Positions 18,836 through 29,732 of a stretch of DNA of 64,000 nt are shown here, in pieces (positions within the stretch are counted from its first letter, which is position 1; each line of letters starts with the position of its first letter). The position numbers and the translations under genes are program-made. Source of the stretch: an uncultured Candidatus Rokubacteria bacterium. GTDB taxonomy: Bacteria > Methylomirabilota > Methylomirabilia > Rokubacteriales > DASRDR01. The DNA is taken from the NCBI GenBank assembly GCA_963708025.1, contig CAVPSB010000031.1, forward strand, positions 96,001 through 160,000, given 5' to 3'. Below the pieces are notes generated by a model. That model did not search any database. It was not told the origin of the DNA and worked only from the letters and a program-made list of their open reading frames with translations.

Positions 18836-19564
18836 CTAGCGCTCGGTGCGCTGCTGAAGGGCTCGCCGGGCGACCCTCGTGACGTACACCGTCACCGCCA
18901 CCGTCGCCAGCAGACCGACCACGCGGAGTGCCCACTCGGCGGTGGACGTGGCCCGCTGACCGGTGCCGACCGCCGCCAGGTCCCCGGCAAGGGAGCCGAA
19001 GTAGACGTACATCACGGTGCCGGGCATCATGCCGATCCAGGATGCGAAGAAGTAGTCGCGGAGCGACACGCGGGTCAGGCCGAACGCGTAGTTCAGGAGG
19101 TTGAACGGGAACGCCGGCGAGAGCCGGGTGAGCCCGACGATCTTCCAGCCCTCCCGGCCGACCGCCTCGTCGATCGCCTTGAACTTGGTGTTGCCCTCGA
19201 TCTTCTTCGACACCCAGTCGCGGGCCAGGTAGCGGCCGACGAGGAAGGCGGCGGTGGCCCCGAGGGTCGCCGCGATCGAGACGATGATCGAGCCCTTGAC
19301 CACGCCGAAGACGAAGCCGGCGCCGAGCGTGAGGATCAAGCCCGGCAGGAAGAGGACGGTGGCGGCGATGTAGAGGAGCACGAAGATCACCGGCCCCCAC
19401 GGGCCGAGCCCGGCGATGCCGTCGAGCGCCTGCCGCAGCAGGGCCTGGGCGTTGAAGTAGCGGGCCGCGGCCAGGAGGGCCACGATGACGAGCACCCAGA
19501 GGACGAGCTTGGCCTTCGAGCCCGATTTCTGTGCCGGAGCTGCCGTGGCCGTGGTCGGTGGCAT
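18836..19564 (-). CDS. TVP38/TMEM64 (VTT, DedA-like) membrane protein
   Basis: ATLGATAAFLVGRY, RLSPAFPFNLLNYAFGLT, MMPGT. Confidence 0.9.
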   Translation of the reverse strand: MPPTTATAAPAQKSGSKAKLVLWVLVIVALLAAARYFNAQALLRQALDGIAGLGPWGPVIFVLLYIAATVLFLPGLILTLGAGFVFGVVKGSIIVSIAATLGATAAFLVGRYLARDWVSKKIEGNTKFKAIDEAVGREGWKIVGLTRLSPAFPFNLLNYAFGLTRVSLRDYFFASWIGMMPGTVMYVYFGSLAGDLAAVGTGQRATSTAEWALRVVGLLATVAVTVYVTRVARRALQQRTER

Positions 19565-19774
19565 ACTTCCGCTCCTTGTCCACGCGGGTCCCGCGTCGAA
19601 TGGTGCTCAGGAGTATACTCTGCTGGCCCGCTCGCTGTCTCCCGGTTCGCGGTCTTCTCGTCGCCGAGGTCTACGTCAGGGCCGAGGAGGCGGGGTTGGC
19701 CCTGGAGGGCCGGCTCCGAAGTAGCCTGCAGATCCACCGACTTCGTCGCCGCCGGGCTCCTGTAGAATGCCGTC

Positions 19775-20524
19775 ATGCCAACCGACGCCAGCGACCGGAA
19801 GCTCGAGATCGTCACCGAGGTCCCCGATCGCGCCATGGTGGTCTTCGCCCATCCCGACGACGGGGAGATCGGCTCCGGAGGCGTGGTGGCCCGGTGGGTG
19901 GCCGCCGGCAGCGAGGTCACCTACGTGCTCTGCACGAACGGCGACGCCGGCACCGCCGACCGGTCGCTGACGCCGGCCGAGCTCGCCACGCGGCGGGCGG
20001 ACGAGCAGCGCGCCGCCGCGGACTTCATGGGCGTCCGGCACGTGGTCATGCTGGGCTATCCCGACGGCGAGCTCGAGGACACCCGGGCGTTCCTCGGCGA
20101 CGTCGTGCGCGCCATTCGCCGGTACCAGCCGCACACGGTCTTCGTCCACGACCCGTATCGGATCAAGGGGTTCCAGCACCGCGATCACCGCAAGGCGGGC
20201 ATCGTGACGACGGATGCCGTCTATCCGTTCGCCCGCGACCACCTGCACTTCCCCGACCAGATCACGCGGGACGGCCTCGAGCCCCACCGGGTCCGCGAGC
20301 TCTGGTACTGGGGCATGGACGAGCCGAACGTCATCGTCGACATCACGGACTCGATCGACCGGCAGATCGCCGCCCTCGTCCGCCACGAAAGCCAGGTGCC
20401 CGGCTTCAACGTGCCGCCGGGCGAGACGCTCGGCGAGCGCGTGAAGCGCCATGCCGTCGAGCTGGCGGCGGGCTACGGCTTCGAGTACGGCGCCGTGTTC
20501 CGGCGCCTGATCGCCCGGCGCTGA
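19775..20524 (+). CDS. PIG-L/LmbE-family deacetylase
   Basis: AHPDD motif, TNGDAG, HRDH, H.SQ. Confidence 0.9.
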   Translation: MPTDASDRKLEIVTEVPDRAMVVFAHPDDGEIGSGGVVARWVAAGSEVTYVLCTNGDAGTADRSLTPAELATRRADEQRAAADFMGVRHVVMLGYPDGELEDTRAFLGDVVRAIRRYQPHTVFVHDPYRIKGFQHRDHRKAGIVTTDAVYPFARDHLHFPDQITRDGLEPHRVRELWYWGMDEPNVIVDITDSIDRQIAALVRHESQVPGFNVPPGETLGERVKRHAVELAAGYGFEYGAVFRRLIARR

Positions 20525-20631
20525 CCGCATCCTCCCCTTCCTGGTGGGGGAGGGAGCGGGCCCGGGGCGCCCGGAAGGCTGATACACTACCCGGCGGCAG
20601 CGGACCGTCGCGTCCGCGAAAGGAGGCCACC

Positions 20632-21657
20632 ATGCCGATCGTGAGGACCCTGGTGCTCGCCGTGCTGGCCGGCGGCGTCATCGCCGCCGGGCCCCCCGCG
20701 GCCGCGCAGACGACGCTCACGATGTCTTCGTGGGTGTCGCCGCAGCACCACGTCACCATCCTGCTGCAGACCTGGGCCAGCGAGGCCGAGAAGGCCACCA
20801 ACGGCCGGGTCAAGTTCCAGATGCTGCCGAAGCACCCCTCGGCGCCGCCGGGAACCTTCGACGCGGTCAGGGAGGGCCTCGTCGACCTCTCGTACGTCAC
20901 CGCGAGCTACACGCCGGCGCGGCATGTCATGACCCTCATGCCGGAGCTGCCCGGCGGCGGCGACACCTCGCTCGTCAACTCGGTCGCCTACTCGCGCATC
21001 CACTGGAAGTACTTCCAGAAGGTCGGCGAGTACAAGGGCGTGAAGCTGCTCGGCGTGTTCACGCACGGCCCCGGCCAGATGTTCACCAAGCGGCCCGTCA
21101 GTGGCATCAACGACGTGCAGGGACTCAAGATCCGCACCGGCGGCGGCGTGGCCGACGCGGTGGCCAAGGCGCTCGGCACCTCGGCCTTCGTGAAGCCCGC
21201 GCCCGAGTCCTACGAGCTGCTCAAGACCGGCGTCGCCGACGGCGTGTTCTTCCCGCTGGAGGCCATCGCCTCCTTCAAGCTCGAGACCGTGCTCGAGCAG
21301 GTCACGATCTTCCCGGGCGGGATGTACAGCTCGGCGTTCGGCTTCTTCATGAACGAGGAGAAGTGGAACAAGCTGCCGAAGCAGGATCAGGACGCGATCG
21401 AGAAGATCTCCGGTGAGCACATCGCGCGCCTGGCCGGCCCGTCCTGGGACGAGGCCGACAAGAAGGGCCTGGAAGCGGCGAGGAAGAACGGTATCAAGGT
21501 CGTCAACGCGAGCCCCGTCTTCGCCACCGAGGTCCAGAAGCGCTCCGCTCCCATCATCGACGACTGGATCAAGCAGGCGAGCGCCAAGGGGGTGGACGCT
21601 GCCAAGATCCTCGCGGAATTCCGCGAGGAGCTGAAGAAGGTCGCCGCCGGTCAGTGA
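20632..21657 (+). CDS. dctP: TRAP transporter substrate-binding protein
   Basis: Signal peptide, GLKIR motif, AGGAGG RBS, followed by small and large permeases. Confidence 0.9.
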   Translation: MPIVRTLVLAVLAGGVIAAGPPAAAQTTLTMSSWVSPQHHVTILLQTWASEAEKATNGRVKFQMLPKHPSAPPGTFDAVREGLVDLSYVTASYTPARHVMTLMPELPGGGDTSLVNSVAYSRIHWKYFQKVGEYKGVKLLGVFTHGPGQMFTKRPVSGINDVQGLKIRTGGGVADAVAKALGTSAFVKPAPESYELLKTGVADGVFFPLEAIASFKLETVLEQVTIFPGGMYSSAFGFFMNEEKWNKLPKQDQDAIEKISGEHIARLAGPSWDEADKKGLEAARKNGIKVVNASPVFATEVQKRSAPIIDDWIKQASAKGVDAAKILAEFREELKKVAAGQ

Positions 21658-22127
21658 GCTCGCCCGAGCGCGGGTGGAGGCGGCACGCCGAGGGGGTCCT
21701 CGGCGTCGCCGCCTCCGCCATTCTCATGGCCATGATGCTCCTCACGTTCGTGGACGTGGTGGCCCGGTACGTCTTCAACCGCCCGGTGAGGGGCGCCTTC
21801 GAAGTGACCGAGCTGATGCTGCTGGTGCTCATCTTCGCCGGGCTGCCGCTGGTGTCGTTCACCGACGGGCACGCCCTCATGGACTTCATCGACCGCCTGC
21901 TCGTCCCGGGGACCCGGCGCCGCCTCGAGCGTGCGGTCCAGCTGATCTGCGCGGCGATCATGTTCCTGCTCGCCTGGCTGATCTGGCTCAAGGCCGACCG
22001 GATCTGGGCCTACCGGGACGCCACCGACGTGCTGCGCATCGTGTACGGCCCCTTCGTCTACTTCATGGCGGTCATGATCGGGCTGACGGCGATGATCCAC
22101 CTGTACAAGGCGGTGGACCGTCCGTGA
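21654..22127 (+). CDS. dctQ: TRAP transporter small permease
   Basis: DVVARYVFNRP..G..E pattern, 4 TM segments. Confidence 0.88.
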   Translation: MSSPERGWRRHAEGVLGVAASAILMAMMLLTFVDVVARYVFNRPVRGAFEVTELMLLVLIFAGLPLVSFTDGHALMDFIDRLLVPGTRRRLERAVQLICAAIMFLLAWLIWLKADRIWAYRDATDVLRIVYGPFVYFMAVMIGLTAMIHLYKAVDRP

Positions 22128-23422
22128 TCGAGGGGCTGGTCGGGCTCACGGCGATCATGGTGATCGCCTTCCTCCGCCTGCCCATCTCCTTCGCCATGGG
22201 CTTGGTCGGGGTCGTCGGCTACGCCTACATGCGGGACTGGAACTGGGCGGTGGCGTTCGCCATGACCCAGACCAAGATCTACGAGACCGGACGCAACTAC
22301 ACGCTGTCGGTGGTGCCGCTGTTCATCCTGATGGGCAACTTCGTGACGCGCGCCGGCATGTCGCAGGAGCTGTTCCGGGCCGCTTACGCCTTCATCGGCC
22401 ACCTCCGCGGCGGGCTGGCCATGGCGACCATCTGGGCCTCGGCCGGCTTCGGGGGGATCTGCGGCTCCTCCATCGCCACCACCGCCACGTTCGCCAAGGT
22501 GGCCTACCCCTCGATGAAGCGCTTCGGCTACTCCGACCGGCTGGCGGCGGGGGTGATCGCCGGCGGCGGCACCCTCGGCATCATGATCCCGCCCTCCACC
22601 ATCATGGTGATCTACGGCGTGTTCACCGAGACCAACATCGGGAAGCTGTTCGCGGCCGGGATCGTGCCCGGGATCGTGGGCGCCATCCTGCTGTGCCTCG
22701 CCGTCCAGTACATGACGTGGCGGGATCCGGCCTCCGGCCCGCCGGGCGAGCGCTCGAGCTGGCGGGAGCGCGGACTCGCCCTCAGGGACGTGTGGGCGGT
22801 GGCCGCGTTGTTCCTCTTCGTGATGGGCGGCATCTACGGCGGCCTGTTCACCGCCACCGAGGGGGCCGGCATGGGCGCCTTCGGCGCCATGATCTTCGCG
22901 CTGTGGCGGCGGGCGCTGACCTGGCGGACGCTCTACGCCGCGCTCCTGGAGAGCGCGCGCACCACCGCCATGCTGTTCATGATCCTGATCGGCGCGCTGA
23001 TGTTCGCGGAGTTCGTCAACATCACCACGATGCCGAGCGACCTCAAGGCCTTCGTCACCCGCTTCGAGCTGAGCCCGATCACGGTGGTGGTGGCGATCAG
23101 CGCGATCTACGTGGTGCTCGGCACCGCCATGGAAGAGCTGTCGATGGTGCTGCTCACCATGCCGGTGTTCTTCCCGGTCATCATGCACCTGGGGTTCGAC
23201 CCGGTCTGGTTCGGGATCATCATCGTGTGCGTCGTCGAGATCGGCCTGATCAGCCCGCCGGTCGGGATGAACATGTTCGTGCTCAAGACGCTGCTGCCCG
23301 AGGTGTCGACGGCAACGGTGTTCAGCGGCGTGATGCCGTTCATGTGGGCCGACGTGGTGCGTCTGGCGATCCTGATCGCGTTCCCGTGGCTCAGCCTCTG
23401 GCTCCCGAGCCTGATGCGATGA
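22124..23422 (+). CDS. dctM: TRAP transporter large permease
   Basis: VPLFILMG, GGTLGIMIPPS, FTATE, ISPPVG. Confidence 0.92.
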   Translation: MIEGLVGLTAIMVIAFLRLPISFAMGLVGVVGYAYMRDWNWAVAFAMTQTKIYETGRNYTLSVVPLFILMGNFVTRAGMSQELFRAAYAFIGHLRGGLAMATIWASAGFGGICGSSIATTATFAKVAYPSMKRFGYSDRLAAGVIAGGGTLGIMIPPSTIMVIYGVFTETNIGKLFAAGIVPGIVGAILLCLAVQYMTWRDPASGPPGERSSWRERGLALRDVWAVAALFLFVMGGIYGGLFTATEGAGMGAFGAMIFALWRRALTWRTLYAALLESARTTAMLFMILIGALMFAEFVNITTMPSDLKAFVTRFELSPITVVVAISAIYVVLGTAMEELSMVLLTMPVFFPVIMHLGFDPVWFGIIIVCVVEIGLISPPVGMNMFVLKTLLPEVSTATVFSGVMPFMWADVVRLAILIAFPWLSLWLPSLMR

Positions 23423-23426
23423 CCCG

Positions 23427-24587
23427 ATGAGCGTCGCCCGCGCGATCAACATCGACGACCTGCGCCAGCTCGCCCGCCGGCGCCTGCCGCGCGTGGTGTT
23501 CGACTACCTCGACGGCGGCGCCGAGGACGAGACGACCCTCGACTGGAACCGGGCGGCCTTCCGGCGATGGGCGCTCGTCCCCCGGGTGCTCCCCGGCACC
23601 GGGAGCGTCAACCTCTCGGTCGACATGTTCGGCGAGCGGCTGGCGCTGCCGCTGATCGTCGGGCCCACCGGTCTCAACGGCATTTACTGGCCGCGCGCCG
23701 ACGTGCTGCTCGCCCGCGCCGCCGGCGCGGCGGGCGCCGCCTTCACGCTGTCGACAGCCTCGAACAGCTCGCTCGAGGAGGTCGCGGCCGCCGGTCCCGG
23801 CGTCAAGTGGTTCCAGCTCTACGCGTGGGGGGAGCGCGCCATCTCGCAGCGGCTGATCGAGCGGGCGGCGGCGGCCGGCTACCGGGCCCTGCTCGTGACC
23901 GTGGACACGCTGACGCTCGGCAAGCGCGAGCGCGACCTGCGGAACGACTTCGCCCACCAGGTCCGCTACACCCCGAGGATCGTCCTCGACGGGCTCGCGC
24001 ATCCCCGGTGGCTGATCGGGACGTGGCTCCGCGCCGGCGTCCCGCGCTTCGAGAACATCGTCGAGTTCGCGCCGAAGGGCGCGACCGCGCGCGAGCTCAC
24101 CGCCTTCGTGCGGGCGCGCCGCAACCTGGCGCTGTCCTGGGACGACCTGGCCTGGATGCGCGGCCGCTGGACCGGCCCCTTCCTGGTCAAGGGCGTGCTG
24201 GCCGCCGAGGACGCGAAGCGGGCGGCCGACCTGGGCGCCGACGGCGTCGTCGTGTCGAACCACGGCGGGCGCCAGCTGGACGGCGCCATCGCCTCGCTCG
24301 ACGCGCTGGTCCCCATCGTGGACGCGGCCGGCGACCGGCTGGCGGTGATCGTGGACGGCGGCGTCCGCCGCGGCGCCGACGTGGTCAAGGCGCTCGCGCT
24401 CGGGGCCCGGGCCGTGCTTCTCGGCCGGGCGCCCCTCTACGGGGTCGCCGCGGCCGGCGAGCCGGGCGCCGCCCGGGCGCTGGCGATCCTGCGCGACGAG
24501 CTGGAGCGGGCGATGTTCTTCGTCGGCAGCCGGAGCGTGGCCGGGCTGTCGCGCGCGTACCTGCAGGAGCGCTACCAGCCGCGTTAG
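23427..24587 (+). CDS. FMN-dependent alpha-hydroxy-acid dehydrogenase/oxidase (lactate/mandelate family)
   Basis: FDYLDGGAEDE, WFQLY, SNHGGRQLD, DGGVRRG. Confidence 0.92.
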   Translation: MSVARAINIDDLRQLARRRLPRVVFDYLDGGAEDETTLDWNRAAFRRWALVPRVLPGTGSVNLSVDMFGERLALPLIVGPTGLNGIYWPRADVLLARAAGAAGAAFTLSTASNSSLEEVAAAGPGVKWFQLYAWGERAISQRLIERAAAAGYRALLVTVDTLTLGKRERDLRNDFAHQVRYTPRIVLDGLAHPRWLIGTWLRAGVPRFENIVEFAPKGATARELTAFVRARRNLALSWDDLAWMRGRWTGPFLVKGVLAAEDAKRAADLGADGVVVSNHGGRQLDGAIASLDALVPIVDAAGDRLAVIVDGGVRRGADVVKALALGARAVLLGRAPLYGVAAAGEPGAARALAILRDELERAMFFVGSRSVAGLSRAYLQERYQPR

Positions 24588-24628
24588 CCTGACGCGGCCG
24601 TGGCTGTCGGGCCAGACGAGGTGAAGCG

Positions 24629-25108
24629 ATGACCGATCTCTCCTCGCCTTCGACTATCGTCATCGGCCGTCTGGCGTCGGGTCCGGTGCCCCCGGACTCG
24701 GCGAGCGCCACCTGGCCGAACGTGCTCCACACGCGCATCGCCGACGTGATGGGGCAGATGGGGCCGCCACCCTGGGCCCGGCGGCTCATCGCGGACGAGC
24801 GCCAGCTCGTCACGCTGATCGCCAGTCCGCCGGGCGGGGGCAACCGGCCGCACTGGCACCGGGAGTTCGACGAGTGGTGGGTCGTCCTCGCCGGGCGGCT
24901 GGAGTGGGAGCTGACCGGCGGGGTCGTCCTGCGGGCGGGCCCGAGCGACATCGTCTGGGTGCCGCGGGGGACCGTCCACCACATCCGGAACGTGGGCGAG
25001 GACGTGTCCCTTCGCCTGGCGGTCGCCATGCCACCGGCCACGCACCACTTCAGCGCCTGCGAGGCGTGCGGCTACACCGACGACGGCCCGCGCGAGTGGA
25101 ACGCGTGA
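24629..25108 (+). CDS. Cupin domain protein
   Basis: PHWH..DEWWVVLAG and VPRGTVHHIRN cupin motifs. Confidence 0.85.
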   Translation: MTDLSSPSTIVIGRLASGPVPPDSASATWPNVLHTRIADVMGQMGPPPWARRLIADERQLVTLIASPPGGGNRPHWHREFDEWWVVLAGRLEWELTGGVVLRAGPSDIVWVPRGTVHHIRNVGEDVSLRLAVAMPPATHHFSACEACGYTDDGPREWNA

Positions 25109-25132
25109 GGCGGCCCCAGCCGGAATCCTGAA

Positions 25133-26495
25133 CTACTCGACAATCGGCCAGCGGGGTCGCGGGGCGAGGCCCGCGCGCGCCAGGTACGGTCCCGACAGCC
25201 GCTCGGCGCGGTCGAGAACCTCGGCCTCGGCCACGGTCGTCACGCGCGCGGTCGTCCAGCACGACGCGCCCGTCGACGATCACCGTCCGCACGCTGGCCC
25301 CGCTGGCGCTGTAGACCAGACTGTTCACCGGGTCGAGCAGCGGGCGCCACTCCGGCAGGTCCAGGTCGAAGACGACCAGGTCGGCGCGCTTGCCCGGCTC
25401 GAGCGAGCCGATCTCGGCCTCGAGCCCCAGCGCCCGCGCCCCGTGGAGCGTGGCCATCTCGAGCACGCGCTCCGGCGGCATCACCGCGGGGTCCAGGCGC
25501 GCGTCCTTGGCGGCGAGGGCAGCCAGGTACATCAGCCGCAGCATGTCGAAGTGGTTCGAGCCGTTGGCGCTGTCGCCGCCGAGCGAGACGGGCACGCCCG
25601 CGTCCAGCATCTCGGGGAACCGTCCGTGCGCGAAGAGGCCCTTGACGTGCTTGAGCGCCGCGGAGGGACAGTGCGAGATCGTCACGCCCCGGCGGGCCAG
25701 GAGGGCGATGTCGGCGTCGTCCACGTACACCATGTGGGCGAGCTTGGTGCGCGGCCCGAGCACGCCCCAGGCGTCGAGGGTGGCCAGCGGCAGCGTGTCC
25801 GCCGTCTGGCGGGACGGATGCGAGGCGAGCTGCATCATCCCCCAGCCGGTCCCGTACCGCTCGGCCAGGGCGTGGGCGCCGCGGATCAGCGCCTCCGAGC
25901 CGGTGCCGAAGCCGATCAGGAGCGGCCAGGCCCGGACGCGTCCGCTCCCGCGCCGGTTCACCTCGTCCAGGACCGTCTCGGTGAGCCGCAGCGCCTCGCC
26001 GGTGGACTGGGCCAGCCGGCCGGGGCCGCGGACCAGGTCCCACGTCCAGCGTCCGAGGACCGCGCGCAGCCCCACCGCCTCCACCGCCTGCGCCACGCCC
26101 CGGACGTCGAAGAGGGTGCCGGCCTCGCAGAACGTCGTCGTCCCCGTCCGCAGCATCTCCAGGCAGGCGAGCTGGGCGGCGGCGGCCTCCTCCTCCGGGG
26201 TGATGGCGCTGTAGAGCGGGACGTACCAGTCCGGGACGTAGCGGTCCACCGGCACCTCGTCCGGCATCAGGCCGCGCGCGAGGTGCTCGGAGAGGTGGAC
26301 GTGGGTGTCGACGAAGCCGGGGAGCACGAGACGGCCCCTCCCGTCGATCACGCGGTCGGGCGGGCGCGGCGGGCGGACCTCGGCGGCGCGGCCGACCTGC
26401 GCGATCCGCGCGCCGTCGATGAGCACGGAGCCGTCCCGGAGGATCCGGCGCGCGGGATCCAGGGTGACGACGATGGCGTGCTCGACGAGGATCAT
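25133..26495 (-). CDS. Amidohydrolase family protein (frameshift near 25245)
   Basis: PGFVDTHVH, LGGDS, GSLEPGKRADLV; tail VTTVAEAEV...PRWPIVE* in a shifted frame. Confidence 0.85.
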
Positions 26496-26556
26496 GGGAC
26501 GCGGCTCACCCGGGAGGCTCCCGGGGAGCTCATCGGGCCGGCGGTGTCGGGGTCGC

Positions 26557-28028
26557 TCAGCCGGCGACCCAGCCGTACCACCGGTGGCTCGGGATCGGCC
26601 CCTTCGTCGAGATAGGCCATCTTGATCCGGCTCAGGTAGTCGTTCGGGATCTCGTTGCGCCTGGCGTTCACGTCCACGCCGAAGACCCGCGCCGCGTTCA
26701 GCCCGAAGATCTGCTCCTTCACCGGGCGCGTGAGGGGCGCGTACCCGTGCTTCTCGACCAGCGCCGGGGGGATCTCGAAGCGCCGGAACGCCTCGATCTG
26801 CCACTGGGGCGTCCCGTACCAGATGGAGTCCGTCCCCCACAGCACGTGGTCGGCGCCGAAGGCGTCGACGACCTGGCCGAGCAGGTGGGCGCAGGCGGTG
26901 GGATCGGTCGTGACGAGCTGACCGAAGGTGGAGCCCAGCTCCATGTAGATGTTCCGGAGGCCCGGCTCCTTCTTCTTCATCTGGCAGAACTCGGTGGTCC
27001 AGGGCACCTCCCCCGACGGCTTCGCCGCCGCCGACCCCGAGCAGCCCGGCGTGGTAGAGGAGGAAGTCGATGTCCGGGAAGTCCCGGGCCGCCTTGATCA
27101 CGTCGCGGGGATGGTTGTAGTCGGCGACGGGGCCGAGGGGCAGGCCCTTGTGGAGGCAGATGCGCCGGACCCCGAGCTTCCGGGCCCGCTCCAGCATCGG
27201 ATAGGCGATCTTCTCGTCGTCGACGAACCAGCCGCGATCGAACCCCTTGGGGGCGGCGCCGGTGTATCCCTTCCAGGCGTCGACCTTGAGCGTGGCCGCC
27301 TGCATGTCCATGAAGTCGAGATCGGCCTGGCCGAGCTGCGGCGTGATGAGGCCGTGGGCGAGCATCCGGCGGGACTGGGTGACGCGGTTGATCTCGTCCC
27401 GGATGTGGGTCATCTCCTTCGGCGGCACCACCGCCTCCTGCGGATAGGGCCCGGGCGGGGTCGAGATGAGCCCGATGTCCGTCTCGCTGTCGAGGAACAC
27501 CTCCTTGACCATGTTCGCCCACGACAGGTCGGCCAGGGTGCCGCGGTCGGAGGCCAGCTTCGGGTTGAGTCGCCGCGACGACCGGCGCAGCCCGAGCAGC
27601 CCCTGCTTCGAGACCGCGCCCCGGCGCCCCGCCTCCTCGTCGTGCGGGTCGTATCCGGCGCCGACGTAGTGGAGCTGCAGGTCGAAGATGAAGAAGGGCG
27701 GGCCCGTGCGCGCCTGGAACGCCGCCCGGTCGGCCGCCTCGACCGGGAGCACGTCGAAGAACCGGCCGAAGACCGCGTTCATGGCGAGGAGCGACGCCGC
27801 CATGCCGCCGCTCGTCCTCAGGAATCCGCGGCGGCTCTGCCCGAGCCGCGGCGCCAGCCGGGCCGCCTCCGCGAGGATCCGCTCCTCGACCGCCCGCTGG
27901 GCGGCCGTCTGGGGGAGCGGCGGGAACTCCTCGTTGGAGACGAGCCGGGTCGGCAGCGGCAGCTCGGTGCGAAGCCCCCGGCGCATCCCGGGACGGAGAC
28001 GGAAGGCGTGGCGGTTCCCGGTCGACAT
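26557..28028 (-). CDS. Amidohydrolase_2-like metal-dependent hydrolase (frameshifts near 27020 and 26595)
   Basis: SNEEF, RRGFLR, FDLQLH, CLHKG, YH; then HVLWGTDSIW and IFGLNAAR in ORF 26492..27007. Confidence 0.8.
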
Positions 28029-28081
28029 GATCGCCTCCTCGAGCGAGGGTGGCGGACGGCGGACGTCCCTGCCGATGACCC

Positions 28082-28134
28082 AGTGTAGGACGCCATCCCG
28101 CGCTGTCAACCGAGACGGCCCGCGGGTTGACAGC
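28082..28134. promoter_or_regulatory. Divergent promoter/operator inverted repeat
   Basis: gctgtcaacc (28102-28111) / ggttgacagc (28125-28134) carry TTGACA on both strands; minus strand TTGACA-N16-TACACT. Confidence 0.5.
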
Positions 28135-28184
28135 CGGCGGCCGGGAAGGCGATGATGCGTCGACACCAACCCCGGGAGGACACC

Positions 28185-28923
28185 ATGGCGATGACGTCTC
28201 TGGAACGGGCCGAGGCCGCCGAGCACGCGATGAGCCAGGAGCTCGATCGCCAGGTGGTGAAGTCCGTGATCTACGTCTCGGGCGAGCGCGACCCTCGGGT
28301 GCCGATCGTGACGGGAGCAGGGCAAGCTCGTCATGATGGGGGACGATCCGCGCCTGCCCAAGATGCCCGCCCGGCCGACCCTGTTCGACTTCTTCAAGTA
28401 CCGCTTCGGGCCGGCCAACCACATGCTCCAGAGCGCCCGGCTCGCCCTGAAGAACGGCGTGGAGGAGAAGGTCGTTCTGGCCTGCCTGCTGCACGACATC
28501 GCCATCACCGGGTTCATCCGGGGCGACCACGGGTACTGGGCCGCCCAGCTCCTCGAGCCCTACGTCGAGGAGGAGGTGAGCTGGGCCATCCGGCATCACC
28601 AGGCCCTGCGGTTCTTCGCCGACGAGTCCGTCGGCTACCAGTACCCGGAGCTCTACGTCAAGCTGTTCGGCGAGGACTACCAGCCCGAGCCCTACATCCA
28701 GGAGGCGTACCGGTACGCGCGCGGCCACAAGTGGTACATGACCTCGCGCCTGATCACCGTCAACGACCTCTACTCCTTCGATCCCAACGTGCAGGTGACC
28801 CTGGAGGAGTTCACGGACATCGTCGGCCGCCACTTCAAGCAGCCGAAGGAGGGCCTCGGCTTCGACGCCAGCCCGTCGGCGCACATGTGGCGCACGATCA
28901 TCTGGCCGACGAAGTATTTGTAG
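28185..28923 (+). CDS. HD-domain-like protein (frameshift near 28310; intact part 28333-28923)
   Basis: HMLQSA, CLLHDI, DHG, IRHH, ND; GGAGG RBS before ATG 28185. Confidence 0.75.
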
Positions 28924-28927
28924 GGGC

Positions 28928-29611
28928 TCAGTCGGGCAGCTCGATCCGGCGGCACAGCGTCTCCTGCTTGCCGTCCTTGTAGCGGACGGTGGCCGACACC
29001 CCGAACCAGCCGCCGGGGCCGTCGCCGAGCAGGGGGAACCCGTCGTCGGCCCGGTTCCGGGAGACCAGGTCGTCGCCGCCGTCCTTGGGCGGAGGATCCA
29101 TCCGCCAGCGCACCAGTCCACTCCCTCCAGGAGGGACTGTGGCGCCCTGGAGCCGCACGAACCACTCGTAGCGGGACTCGCCGCCGGGCGGGAGCTTCCG
29201 GTAGGCGTAGACGAGGGCCAGGCCGCGCGGCGATGGTGTCGACGCGGACTGCACGATCCAGGGGCCCTTGGCGGCCGCCTCGCCAGCGGGGCCCGGGGGG
29301 CCGGAGTGGCCGGGCTCGACGGCGCGTCGTCCGCCGGCGCGGCCGCGGGAGGATTCGCCGGCGCCCCGTCGTCGGCGACCCGGTCGCCCCGATCCGCTGG
29401 GTACGGTGCTCGAGGGCAGGCTCAGCACCAGGCCGCCGACCGCGACGACACAGAAGGCCAGGACCGCGGCGGCCAGGACGGGCTGGGCCCGGACCCACTG
29501 GAGCCACGAGTCGGATGCCGCCACGCGACGCTCGCCCGGCAGGGCCGGGGGCCGATCTCCGGTTTCCCCGCCGGCGGCGGGCGATCGCTTCCCCCGGAAG
29601 GGTGTGGGCAT
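28928..29611 (-). CDS. Hypothetical single-TM protein
   Basis: One hydrophobic segment then a beta-rich C-terminal region; no recognisable family. Confidence 0.5.
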   Translation of the reverse strand: MPTPFRGKRSPAAGGETGDRPPALPGERRVAASDSWLQWVRAQPVLAAAVLAFCVVAVGGLVLSLPSSTVPSGSGRPGRRRRGAGESSRGRAGGRRAVEPGHSGPPGPAGEAAAKGPWIVQSASTPSPRGLALVYAYRKLPPGGESRYEWFVRLQGATVPPGGSGLVRWRMDPPPKDGGDDLVSRNRADDGFPLLGDGPGGWFGVSATVRYKDGKQETLCRRIELPD

Positions 29612-29732
29612 GACGACATTCTACCCACTCGACGGCGTCACGTCCGGGCGACCTCTACGTCGCCTCCGACCGGCCCTCGGAGCGGCGAGCGGCCTCTCAG
29701 GGCCCCGTGAGCGCGGTGATACCGTGAGCGAG

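Noticed and set aside
25050-28517. 1155-aa ORF as a double amidohydrolase fusion
   Set aside because: Two separate genes joined by frameshifts; the middle of the ORF is off-frame, and each gene has its own start and stop
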